Source of the DNA: an uncultured Chloroflexia bacterium
GTDB taxonomy: Bacteria; Chloroflexota; Limnocylindria; Limnocylindrales; CSP1-4
DNA length: 64,000 bases
Assembly: GCA_963809215.1 (NCBI GenBank)
Contig: CAWEIJ010000002.1
Location: 2,283,228 to 2,347,227, forward strand
Direction: 5' to 3'
In this document: positions 40,975 to 50,489 of the stretch, piece after piece
Layout: every line of letters begins with the position of its first letter
How positions within the stretch are numbered: position 1 is the stretch's first letter
Translations under genes and position numbers: made by a program
Notes under the pieces: generated by a model
The model's database searches: none
Told to the model about the DNA's origin: nothing
What the model saw: the letters and a program-made list of their open reading frames with translations, nothing else

Positions 40975-41964
40975 GCATGGCCGAGCACCCACGTCGGCGG
41001 TCGACTCGTCGGTCACGAGGACGCGGACGCACCCGACGCGGAGGGCCGCCAGCGCGATCGGGCCGCGCCCGGCGCCGGCGACGACGCCCACGGTCAGCGC
41101 CTTGGCGCGAAGCTCGTCGAGGGGCAGCCCGATCGTCCGCCGGTCGAGCGATTGAAGCGCGATCCGGCCCTCGAGCGTGACGAAGCGGCCCAGGACGTCG
41201 CCGACCGCCCCGGCGTCGGCAAGCGCCGCGAGGTCGCCGGCGCTCAGGTAGCCGGACGCGACGTGGACGCTCTCGGGCCCGAGCACGCCCATGCTGAAGA
41301 TCGCGGTCCGGGCGTCGCGCGCGGCCGCGAGCGTCTCGCCGACCGATGGATCCCGCTCGAGCGCATCGCGCAGCTCCGGCGTCCCCACGATCGCGGGTGC
41401 CGCCATCAGCCGGATCGCCGCGCCGCTCGTGGCGCCGAACCGCTCCACGATCTCGTGCGCGCGGGTCGGGCGGGCAGATCGCGAGGTCGCGCCGTTGAGC
41501 TGGACGATCTCCGTCGCGGCGGTCCAGCCCGGGCGCAGGTGCGCCGCCAGCTCCAGCATCGTGCGGCCCCACGAGACGCCGATGGCGCCGCTCGGCGCGA
41601 GCGAGGCGAGGTGCGCCGCCGCCGCCGCCGCGACGCGCTCCCGGGCGAGGAGCTCGTCGTCGGGCTCGGACCCCGTCGAGGCAACGTCCACGACGAGGGC
41701 GCCGCCGAGCCCGAACCTGCCGACGAGGGCGTCCTCGAGCTCCACCAGGCGGGCGGCCGGGTGGACGATCTCGATCCGGACGGCCGACTCGCGCAGCGCG
41801 CGGTCGAGGAGGCGCCCGACCTTGAACCGGCTGACGCCCAGCCGCGCGCCGACCTGGTCCTGCGTCAGGTGCATCCGGTAGTAGAGCTGGGCGGCGCGGA
41901 GCATCAGCCGGGTCTCACCCGAGACGGCGTCCACCACGCGCGGCCGTGCCGCGCTCACCGACAT
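40971..41964 (-). pseudogene. SorC/DeoR-type sugar-phosphate-binding transcriptional regulator; frame break in the last ~10 codons (about 40995)
   Basis: ORF 40357..41970 has the N-terminal HTH LRAAQLYYRMHLTQDQVGARLGVSRFKVGRLLDRA and the sugar-binding body ..GVSWGRTMLE..NGATS..VGDVLGRF..VGVVAGAGRGPIALAAL... The likely end ..LVTDESTA.WVLGHA* is in another frame. ATG 41964 is preferred over TTG 41970. Confidence 0.8.
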
Positions 41965-41999
41965 GCTCAAATGTGCAGGCCATTGCTCATGTGTTGTTC

Positions 42000-42028
42000 A
42001 CGCTACGCCCGGCGACGGGCGGCGTCAA
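42000..42028 (-). promoter_or_regulatory. sigma-70-like promoter of the BMC operon: TTGACG (42028..42023), 17 nt spacer, TAGCGT (42005..42000)
   Basis: Direct reading. A locally AT-richer leader follows, with two 11-nt direct repeats (ATGCTCAAATG / TTGCTCATGTG on the plus strand, 41963..41973 and 41983..41993). Confidence 0.5.
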
Positions 42029-42057
42029 GTGGGTTGGGGATCCCGACGGCCCCGGAG

Positions 42058-43254
42058 TCACGCCAGGGAGTTCACCTTCGCTCGAAGGTTGGCCCGCGCG
42101 AGCAGGCGCGCGCCAACGAGGGCGCCCGCGCACGCGATGGCGAACAGGCCCGCGCCGGCCATCCCGACGCCGAGGCCCAGGCCGGTCGAGATGAAGCCCA
42201 TCGCCGGCGGGTATGCGACGGACCCCATGACCGCCGCAGCCGTCAGGACGCCGCTCACCGCGTTCGCCCGCGCGGGGTAGAGCCCTCCCGCGGACGCGAT
42301 GATCATCGGGTAGATCGGGCCGCAGGCAACACCCGCCACCGCGAAGAGCGCGATGGAGACCGCGACCCACGGGACGACGACGGCGGCGAGGACCGCGACG
42401 CCCGTGGCGAGGCCGCACGCCGTCGCGACGGCCAGGGGCGCGAACCGGTCGGCGACCCGGCTGGCCACCAGGCGGCCGAGGGCAAGGCCCGCCCAGAAGA
42501 GCGAGAGGGCGAGCGTCGCGATCCCGATGGGTGCCGCGTCGAGGAACCGGACGAGCCAGCTGGACACGCCACTTTCCGTGGCGACATAGCTCGTGATCGC
42601 CACGGCGAGCAGCACGAGCGGCAACGGAACGTGCCGACCGGCCGACGGACGACCGACCATCGACGGGACGACGGGGCGCGGCACGCCCAGGTCGCTCGCC
42701 GCGAGCCCGAGGCCGATCGCGAGCACGACGATGCTCGATGCCGCGAAGGGGAGGCGCCATGCCACGCCGACCTCGACGAGCCCGGCGATCACGAGCGGTG
42801 CCGCCAGGGCCCCGAGGCTGAAGCAGAGGTGGAGACGGCTGAGCGCCCGCCCACGATCCTCCGAGAATCGGTCGAGGAAGAGTCCGTTCATCCCGACCTC
42901 GACGGCCCCGGATCCGAAGCCCGCGAGCGCTCCGCCCGCGACGAAGGCGATCCAGCCGGGCGCGACCGACTCCAGTGCGAGGCCCGCCGCCATCCCGAAG
43001 ACCGCGGACGGCAACGCGCGGCCCCGCCCCAGGCGCTCCATCACGAATCCGCCCGCCAGCGAGCCCGTCACGAAGAGGGCCGACGTGACGAAGTAGAGGA
43101 TGCCCACCCCGGAGTCGGGCTGCGCGAAGTCGCGCTCGATGGCCGGGACGAGGGACGGGACCAGCAGGGCGTTCCAGCCGACGAGGATGAAGCTCGCGTA
43201 GCCGAGCGCGGGCACGCGGTCCCGGAGGCCACGGAGCGGAGGCGTCGCGGTCAC
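42058..43254 (-). CDS. MFS transporter
   Basis: It runs from the GTG at 43254 (VTATPPLRGLRDRVPALGYASFILVGW) in ORF 42058..43746. It has 12 hydrophobic segments. The upstream 164 aa of the ORF are Arg/Pro junk. Confidence 0.75.
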   Translation of the reverse strand: MTATPPLRGLRDRVPALGYASFILVGWNALLVPSLVPAIERDFAQPDSGVGILYFVTSALFVTGSLAGGFVMERLGRGRALPSAVFGMAAGLALESVAPGWIAFVAGGALAGFGSGAVEVGMNGLFLDRFSEDRGRALSRLHLCFSLGALAAPLVIAGLVEVGVAWRLPFAASSIVVLAIGLGLAASDLGVPRPVVPSMVGRPSAGRHVPLPLVLLAVAITSYVATESGVSSWLVRFLDAAPIGIATLALSLFWAGLALGRLVASRVADRFAPLAVATACGLATGVAVLAAVVVPWVAVSIALFAVAGVACGPIYPMIIASAGGLYPARANAVSGVLTAAAVMGSVAYPPAMGFISTGLGLGVGMAGAGLFAIACAGALVGARLLARANLRAKVNSLA

Positions 43255-43450
43255 GGGCAGGCGGGGGTCTGTGTCATGCCTCGAGTCCTGGGCACGGGGT
43301 GCGGCGCGTGAAGGATCGCCGCCGGGGCCGGATCCGGCTCCGCCTTCCTGCTGCGCGGTCCCGGGCCTTGCGCCGCGCATCGTGCGCGAAGCATAGTGCC
43401 GGCCTCGCCGCGGACGTGCGCCCGCGATCGGCCGGCTTGCAGGAGGCCCG

Positions 43451-44095
43451 ATGGGCGAGCAGCCAGCACAAACCGGCCAGTCGCCGGGCAACGAGGTCTC
43501 GATCCCGGCCGAACCGGTCCGCTCGCGGCTGCACGGCCGGGGCGTTCCGCTGCTTCCGCGGTCGGTCGGCGTTGCGCTGGTCGTCGGGTTCGTCGCGTTC
43601 GTCGCGGGCGTCCAGCTTGCCGCACCCCGCGGAGGCGGCCCGGCCGTCACCGAGACACTGCCGAACCCGACCGATCCCGCGACCGCGAGCATGGTCGCCT
43701 CGCCTGGCGTCGTCCTGGGCCGCAGCCCGTTCGCCACCGCGTTCAACCCGCTCGCGAAGCTGCGAGACGCGGGGCTGTCGACCTGCTCAGGCAGCGACAG
43801 CGGGGGAACCGACGGCGGCCGGGCCTATGCCGTCGTCGTGCTCCGGTGTTCGGTTCCGCCCGCCGGGCAGCCGGCCCAGGTTCGCCGGCTCGAGCAGATG
43901 ATCTCGACCGCGATCGACCAGGATGCGGAGCGCCTCGACGGAGGTGTCGCCGGACCCGACGATCCGGACGGACCGACCGTCGTGAGCTGGAACTACCGCT
44001 CGGACGGATTCGACGGGAGCATCTCCCTGGCCACCACCCACACCGGGTCGAACTTCCAGGTTGTCATCGTGATCAGCGAGCAGCGCCAGGGCTGA
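43451..44095 (+). CDS. hypothetical membrane-anchored protein
   Basis: ORF 43451..44095 has a single TM (VGVALVVGFVAFVAGVQLA) followed by a non-repetitive domain. No family was recognised. Confidence 0.45.
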   Translation: MGEQPAQTGQSPGNEVSIPAEPVRSRLHGRGVPLLPRSVGVALVVGFVAFVAGVQLAAPRGGGPAVTETLPNPTDPATASMVASPGVVLGRSPFATAFNPLAKLRDAGLSTCSGSDSGGTDGGRAYAVVVLRCSVPPAGQPAQVRRLEQMISTAIDQDAERLDGGVAGPDDPDGPTVVSWNYRSDGFDGSISLATTHTGSNFQVVIVISEQRQG

Positions 44096-44102
44096 CCGGC
44101 GA

Positions 44103-45007
44103 TCACTCTCCGGCGGAACCGGCCGCACGCCGGGCGCGAAGCGCGTCCCTCCATGCGTCGAGCGCGACCGGCCACCAGGCGTCGAGGCTCGTGGGGCTGC
44201 CGTACCAGGTCGCCCGGCGTCCGGGTCCGTGGGTCGCGTCGGCGAGCACCACCTGGCGGGAGCCCGGGAGCAGCGCAGCAGCCACGGGGATCAACCCGTC
44301 GCCCGCGACCACTTCGAGGTCGGGCTGCGGATAGACATCCTCGTAGATCCGCCGGACGAAGCTCCCGCGCCCGGCCCGTCCTCGCGGCGGCCCGGCAGGA
44401 GCTCGGACCCGACGCTGACGTACCCGGTCGTCGGGGCGAACGTGGCACCCGGGACGTGGAGCTCGGCGAACCGGGCACCGGCCTCCCCGACCCGCCGTGC
44501 CCAACGGGCGCGGTCCCGCCCGACCGGCGGAGCGGCGTTCGGCGTCCCGAGCGTGACGAGCGCGCCGATGCGCCCGGCGGCGTTGAGCGTTCGCCCCTCG
44601 AACGGATCCGGCGAGGTGAGAAGCCGCCCGATCAGGCCGCCGGCGCTATGCCCGACGAGGATGACCGGGGCGCCGTGCGACGCCGTGGACGCGATCGACC
44701 GTTCGCCCGCTGCGAGCAGTGCACGCGCAACGCGGGTCGTGATCGGGCCGAGGCCGCGGACAGCGGCCAGGACCCAGTCCGGCAGGTAGACGGGCGCGAC
44801 GACGACCTCGGCGGCGCCCCGGTCGCGCAGGCTGGCCGCAAGGCCGTCGTACCACGCGGGCATCGTCAGGAAGCCCGGCGCGACCAGGACGACCGGCGCG
44901 AGCGCCTCCGGCTCGACGTCGCGCCACGTCGCCGCGACCACCGGCGGCACGCTCTGTTCGGCCGGCGCGACCCGCCCGGCGGCCGAGCCCGACACCGAGC
45001 GGCCCAT
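44103..45007 (-). pseudogene. alpha/beta hydrolase (lipase/esterase-like), one frame break near 44385
   Basis: MGRSVSGSAAGRVAP...VVLVAPGFLTMPAWYDGL..VILVGHSAGGLIGR..LVTLGTPN.. is in frame 44291..45880. ..SFVRRIYEDVYPQPDLEVVAGDGLIPVAAALLPGSRQVVLADATHG.. is in ORF 44103..44504. Confidence 0.65.
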
Positions 45008-45091
45008 GCCCGCCGCGTGATCCTGCGCCACGGAGGGAATCGTATCGCCAACCGTCGTGGGCGGCCCGGTCACGGGCCATATGATCGCTTC

Positions 45092-45397
45092 GTGCTCCCG
45101 TCGCCCTTGCTCCTGGCAGTCATGCTCGTTCTCGTCGCGGTCGCGGCCATCCCGACGCGGCGCCTGTTCGTGGCCGGCGTCGGGCGGGGCGTGCTGACCG
45201 CGTACCTCGTGGTCCTGGTCGCGCTCGGCCTCGTTGCCGTGTCCGGCCGCGTCCCGGAGCGCCTGGTCGTGCCGTCCTACGTCGTCGCATTCGTGGCGCC
45301 GCTTCTCGTATCGCCGACGCGGGTGCGGCGGGCGGTGCGGCGCCTCGGCCGGTCCGGCAGGGAAGCAGGGCCCCCGGACGCCACGCCGCGGCCGTGA
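45092..45397 (+). CDS. hypothetical small membrane protein (3 TM)
   Basis: It runs from the GTG at 45092 in frame 44153..45397: VLPSPLLLAVMLVLVAVAAIPTRRLFVAGVGRGVLTAYLVVLVALGLVAVSG... Confidence 0.4.
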   Translation: MLPSPLLLAVMLVLVAVAAIPTRRLFVAGVGRGVLTAYLVVLVALGLVAVSGRVPERLVVPSYVVAFVAPLLVSPTRVRRAVRRLGRSGREAGPPDATPRP

Positions 45398-45442
45398 CTT
45401 CGGAGGCCTAATGCTTCGATGGCTCGTAGATCGTTCGGGCAC

Positions 45443-45472
45443 TTGACAATACTTAAGACCGCCGCGTAGTAT
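45443..45472 (+). promoter_or_regulatory. sigma-70-like promoter TTGACA (45443..45448), 18 nt spacer, TAGTAT (45467..45472), 6 nt before the marR GTG (leaderless-type)
   Basis: Direct reading. It is a conspicuous AT-rich island (acttgacaatacttaagacc) in GC-rich DNA. Confidence 0.6.
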
Positions 45473-45478
45473 CTGCGG

Positions 45479-45928
45479 GTGACCATCACCGCCGCCTCCG
45501 CCGACCGGCTCGCCATCGTCATCACGGACATGGCGCATGCGTTCCACGCCCCCGGGCCGGGCCTTCCCAGCTGGCTGGCGCAGGACCTCACGCTCGCCCA
45601 GGTGCGGACCCTGTTCCTGATCGCGCACGAAGCCCCGCTGCCCATGGGCCGGATCGCCGAGATCCTGGGCGTGTCGGTGGCGTCCGCGTCGGGGATCGTC
45701 GACCGCCTGGAGCGGCACGGCCTGGTCGTGCGCCAGCACCGCACGGACGATCGGAGGATCGTCGACTGCGTGCTGACGGACGCCGGTCGGGGCCTGATCG
45801 ACGAGATGTCGGGCCGCCGCATCGAGATGGCACGGCGCGCGCTCGACGTCCTGACACCGGACGAGCTGGCGGAGTTCCACCGGCTGGTCTGCCTGATCGC
45901 GGAGCGGTCGGCGGGAGCGCCCGAATGA
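45479..45928 (+). CDS. MarR-family transcriptional regulator
   Basis: ORF 45479..45928 has the winged HTH ..LTLAQVRTLFLIAHEAPLPMGRIAEILGVSVASASGIVDRLERHGLVVRQHRTDDRRIV... Confidence 0.85.
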   Translation: MTITAASADRLAIVITDMAHAFHAPGPGLPSWLAQDLTLAQVRTLFLIAHEAPLPMGRIAEILGVSVASASGIVDRLERHGLVVRQHRTDDRRIVDCVLTDAGRGLIDEMSGRRIEMARRALDVLTPDELAEFHRLVCLIAERSAGAPE

Positions 45929-47665
45929 CCCGGATCCTCGTCCGCTACCTGCGCCCGTACAAGGGGCCGCTCGCGCTGGTGGTCACGCTCCTGCTCGTCC
46001 AGTCGCTGGCCAACCTGTACCTGCCGGAGCTCAACGCCGACATCATCAACAACGGCGTCGCGAAGGGGGACACCGGCTACATCGTCCGGATCGGCGGGCT
46101 CATGCTCGGCGTCACGCTCGCCCTGGGCGTCGCCTCGATCGTCGCGGTCTACTGGGCCGCGAAGGTCTCGATGGCCTTCGGCCGCGACGTCCGCGCGGGC
46201 GCTCTTCCGCAAGGTCGAGTCGTTCTCGCAGGTCGAGGTCAACCATTTCGGGACGGCGTCCCTGATCACCCGCAACACGAACGACGTCCAGCAGGTCCAG
46301 ATGGTGGTCCTGATGGGCCTCACGGTGATGGTCTCGGCGCCGATCATGATGGTCGGCGGCGTGATCATGGCCCTGCGCCAGGACGTGCCGCTCACCGGCA
46401 TCCTGGTGGTGATCGTGCCGATCATGGCGCTCATCATCGGCATCCTGGTCCGCCGCGCGATGCCGCTCTTCCGGGCGATGCAGACACGAAGATCGACCGG
46501 ATCAACCAGGTGATGCGCGAGACGCTCGCCGGCGTCCGCGTGATCCGGGCGTTCGTGCGCACGGACTACGAGGAGCGCCGCTTCGACGAGGCGAACCGAG
46601 ACCTCTTCGAGACCGCGCTCTCGGTCAACCGGCTCTTCGCGCTCATGATGCCGGCCCTCATCGCGATCATGAACCTCTCGACCGTGGCGGTCCTCTGGTT
46701 CGGCAGCCTCCGCGTCGACAGCGGCCAGATGCCGATCGGCAACCTGACCGCCTTCCTCCAGTACATCATCCAGATCCTGTTCGCGATCATGATGGCGACC
46801 TTCATGTTCGTGATCGTGCCGCGGGCCGCGGTCTCCAGCGACCGCATCCGGGCAGGTCCTCGACACGGAGCCGTCGATCCACGATCCCGTCGAACCGCGT
46901 CGGCCCGCCGCGCACCGGCAATCGTCGAGTTCCGCGACGTCGAGTTCGGCTACCCGGGCGCGGAGGACCCGGTCCTGCGCGGGATCTCCTTCGTCGCCGG
47001 ACCCGGGCGAGACCACGGCCATCGTCGGCAGCACCGGCAGCGGCAAGTCCACGCTCATCAACCTCCTGCCGCGCTTCTACGACGTGACCGGCGGGTGCCG
47101 TGCTCGTCGACGGCGTCGACGTGCGGGAGATGGACCGCGCGGACCTGTGGAGCCGCATCGGGCTGATCCCGCAGCGGGCATTCCTGTTCAGCGGGACGGT
47201 CGCCAGCAACCTCCGCTACGGCGACGAGTCCGCCATCCGACGAGGACCTCTGGCAGGCGCTCGAGATCGCCCAGGGCCGGGACTTCGTCGAGGAGATGCC
47301 AGAGCAGCTCGGGCGCGCCCGATCACCCAGGGCGGCACGAACGTCTCCGGCGGCCAGCGCCAGCGCCTCGCGATCGCGCGCGCCCTCGTCAAGCAGCCCG
47401 ACATCTACGTCTTCGACGACAGCTTCTCGGCCCTCGACTTCCGGACCGACGCGCGGCTGCGGGCGGCCCTCGCAGCGAGAACCTCGCCGACGCCACCGTG
47501 ATCATCGTGGCCCAGCGCGTCGGCACGATCCTCCACGCCGACCGGATCGTCGTCCTCGAGGACGGCGGGATCGCCGGCATCGGCACGCACGACGAGCTGA
47601 TGGCAACCTGCGAGACCTACCGCGAGATCGTCTACTCGCAGCTCTCCGCGGAGGAGGTCGCGTGA
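45925..47665 (+). pseudogene. ABC exporter, fused permease/ATPase (type I exporter half-transporter), about 9 frame breaks
   Basis: The ATG at 45925 overlaps the marR stop (ATGA). The pieces are: MTRILVRYLRPYKGPLALVV.. | LFRKVESFSQVEVNHFGTASLITRNTNDVQQVQ.. | KIDRINQVMRETLAGVRVIRAF.. | ..VEFRDVEFGYPGAEDPVLRGISF | ETTAIVGSTGSGKSTLINLL | VLVDGVDVREMDRADLWSRIGLIPQ | ..TQGGTNVSGGQRQRLAIARAL..YVFDDSFSALD | ..VIIVAQRVGTILHADRIVVLEDG... Confidence 0.8.
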
Positions 47666-49661
47666 GCGGCCCGGGCATGGGCGGCCCCGGCGGCGGCCGG
47701 CCGATGCGACGCGGCCCGGCGGCCCCGGCGGCGGGCGGGCCGATGCACTTCGCGTCCATGCCGGCGGCGAAGCCGCGGAACTTCCGGCGGTCGTTCCGGC
47801 GCCTGCTCGGCGAGCTCCGGCCCGAGCGCCCGCTGCGTCCTGGCCGTCATGCTCCTCGCGATCATCAGCGTGACCTTCGCGATCCTCGGCCCGAAGATCC
47901 TGGGCAACGCGACGAACATCCTGTTCGACGGGCGTCATCGGCAAGCAGATGCCGGCCGGGGTGACCAAGGCCCAGGCGGTCGACCGGCCTTCGGGCGCTC
48001 GGGCCAGGGCAACCTCGCCGACATGCTGGCGAGCATGGACGTCGTCCCCGGCGCAGGGCGTCGACTTCGGCGCGCTCGGCGGGATCCTCCTCCTCGTCGA
48101 CCGGCATCTACGTCGGTCAGCTCCGTCTTCAGCTGGGCGCAGGCCTACCTGATGGCCGGCGTGACGCAGCGAACCGTCTACCGGCTTCGGCGCCGCGTCG
48201 ACGAGAAGCTCGGCCGCGCTGCCGCTCGCCTACTTCGACCGCGAGTCGCGCGGCGACATCCTGAGCCGCGTCACCAACGACATCGACAACATCGCCCAGA
48301 CGCTCCAGCAGAGCCTGACCCAGCTGATCACGTCGCGTGTTCACGGTGATCGGCGTGCTGATCATGATGTTCTCGATCAGCCCGCTCCTGGCGGTGATCT
48401 CGCTGCTCGTCGTGCCCGCTGTCGCTGGTCGTCACGGTGCTGATCGCGAGCCGGTCCCAGAAGCAGTTCGCCGCCCAGTGGGAGCGGACCGGCACCCTCA
48501 ACGGCCACATCGAGGAGATGCACACCGGCCACGCCATCGTGAAGGCGTTCGGGCGCCAGCAGGAGGCGATCGACAAGTTCGACGGTCGAGAACGAGGCGC
48601 TCTTCCAGGCCTCGCTACAAGGCCCAGTTCATCTCCGGGACGATCCAGCCCGCGATGAACGTCATCTCGAACCTGAACTACGTCGCGATCTGCGTCATCG
48701 GCGGCGTGCGGGTCGCATCGGGCACGATGTCGCTCGGCGACGTCCAGGCGTTCATCCAGTACTCGCGCCAGTTCACGATGCCGATCGTCCAGACCGCCAG
48801 CATCATGAACGTCCTCCAGTCGGCGGTCGCCTCGGCCGAGCGCGTCTTCGAGCTCCTCGACGAGGCCGAGGAGGCGCCCGACACCGCCACCGCGCGGCCG
48901 TCCCACGAGGCCGCCGGCCGGGTCGTGCTCGACGAGCGTCTCGTTCCGCTACCTGCCGGACGTGCCGCTCATCGAGGACCTGAACCTCGTGGCGGAGCCG
49001 GGCCACACCATCGCGATCGTCGGCCCGACGGGCGCCGGCAAGACCACGCTCGTCAACCTGCTCATGCGCTTCTACGAGATCGACTGCGGCCGGATCACGG
49101 TCGACGGGGTCGACATCCGCGACATGACCCGCGACGACCTGCGGCGGCACGTTCGGGATGGTCCTCCAGGACGCCTGGCTCTTCAAGGGCACGATCCGCG
49201 AGAACATCGCCTACGGGCGCGCGGCGCCACCGAGGAGGAGATCCACGCCGCCGCGCAGGCCGCCCACGTCGACCACTTCGTCCGGACGCTCGCCGAGGGC
49301 TACGACACCGTGCTCGACGACGACGCGACGAGCGTGTCCGCGGGCGAGAAGCAGCTCCTCACGATCGCCCGCGCGTTCCTGGCCGACCCGCGGATCCTGA
49401 TCCTCGACGAGGCGACGAGCTCGGTGGACACGCGGACCGAGGTCCTGATCCAGCGGGCGATGGCCAAGCTCATGAAGGGCCGGACGAGCTTCGTCATCGC
49501 CCATCGCCTCTCCACCATCCGTGACGCCGACACGATCCTCGTCATGAACCACGGCCGGATCATCGAGCAGGGCACCCACGAGGAGCTGCTCGCCGCGGAA
49601 CGGCTTCTACGCCGACCTCTACAACAGCCAGTTCGAGGAGGCGCTCGAAGAGGCCGTCTGA
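47662..49661 (+). pseudogene. ABC exporter, fused permease/ATPase (partner half-transporter), about 15 frame breaks
   Basis: The GTG at 47662 overlaps the upstream stop (GTGA). The pieces include ..MLLAIISVTFAILGPKILGNATNILFDG | ..VFSWAQAYLMAGVTQRTVYRLRRRVDEKLGR | LPLAYFDRESRGDILSRVTNDIDNIAQ | ..LNGHIEEMHTGHAIVKAFGRQQE | ..GDVQAFIQYSRQFTMPI.. | ..[23 protein letters not shown] | ..[39 protein letters not shown].. | [20 protein letters not shown]. Confidence 0.8.
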
Positions 49662-49760
49662 CGACGGCACCAGGCGGCGCGAGGCCACGGAGGGCGGGGC
49701 AACCCGGCGGATGCCAGGCGGCCACCGGTCGCGCTATCGTCCCGGGCATGCAGAACGCGC

Positions 49761-49809
49761 CGGGCAACGAGGGACGAACCGATCCCGGGCAACGAACCGA
49801 TCCCGGGCA
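49761..49809. repeat. 18-nt tandem duplication ACGAACCGATCCCGGGCA x2 (49774..49809) with a partial third copy upstream
   Basis: Direct reading. It lies at or just upstream of the N-terminus of the 49821 hydrolase. It encodes [12 protein letters not shown] in that frame. Confidence 0.7.
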
Positions 49810-49820
49810 GCCCGATCCTC

Positions 49821-50477
49821 GTGCTCGGCCACGGGGCGTCCGGCTCCGCGGCAACGATGGCGCCGCACGTCGCCGGGCTGCGAGCCCGCGGGATCGACGC
49901 CCGGGCGATCGACCTCCCGAAGGGCCGCGCAGAGCGCGCCGTCCCGCTCTTCGCGGCGCTCCTGGCAGGCCCGCTGCCGAGTGACGGGCCGCGACGCGAC
50001 GACGGCAAGGCTGGTGAGCCCGGCCGAGGCGGCGTGAAGGCCGGCGCCGCCGACCTGCCGATCGCGGTCGGGAGGAGCGGTCTCGCCGCCGAGCCGCGGA
50101 TCGCCGTCGGCGGCCACTCCTTCGGCGGGCGTGTCGCGAGCCTGGCCGCCGCCGACGCCTGCGACGCGGGACGGCCGCCGCTCGCGCTCGTCCTGCTCTC
50201 GTACCCGCTCCACCCGCCCGGCCGCTCCGCCGACTGGGACGCGCGCACCCAGCACTGGCCGCGGCTGACCTGCCCGGTGATCCTGCTCTCGGGGACCTCG
50301 GACCCGTTCGCGGTGCCAGCATTGCTCCGGCGCGCTGTCGCGGAGCGGCTCCCCGCCGCGGAGCTGGTCACGTACCCGCGGCAGGGCCATGGGCTTGCTG
50401 CCGTGCTCGACGAGGTTCTCGACCGGGTTGCCGAATTCGTGCTCGGCGCCCGCGAATCGGGGACAGGCCGGCCGTAA
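49821..50477 (+). CDS. alpha/beta-fold hydrolase (KANL3/Tex30-like small hydrolase family)
   Basis: ORF 49821..50477: [13 protein letters not shown].., GGHSFGG nucleophile elbow, ..[12 protein letters not shown]... The true start is unclear. ATG 49748 is out of frame, so an N-terminal frame break is possible. Confidence 0.6.
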   Translation: MLGHGASGSAATMAPHVAGLRARGIDARAIDLPKGRAERAVPLFAALLAGPLPSDGPRRDDGKAGEPGRGGVKAGAADLPIAVGRSGLAAEPRIAVGGHSFGGRVASLAAADACDAGRPPLALVLLSYPLHPPGRSADWDARTQHWPRLTCPVILLSGTSDPFAVPALLRRAVAERLPAAELVTYPRQGHGLAAVLDEVLDRVAEFVLGARESGTGRP

Positions 50478-50489
50478 GATCAAGCGCCC

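Noticed and set aside
42058-43746. 562-aa version of the MFS transporter with a long N-terminal extension
   Set aside because: The first about 164 aa are Arg/Pro/Gly-rich and overlap the divergent 43451 gene region. A GTG at 43254 directly precedes the first transmembrane segment.
35217-49661. Programmed ribosomal frameshifting or transcriptional slippage as the explanation for the frame breaks
   Set aside because: There are far too many sites per gene (up to about 15). I saw no shared slippery heptamer or downstream structure. Both +1 and -1 shifts (and one apparent +2) occur. Indel errors or recent decay are more parsimonious.
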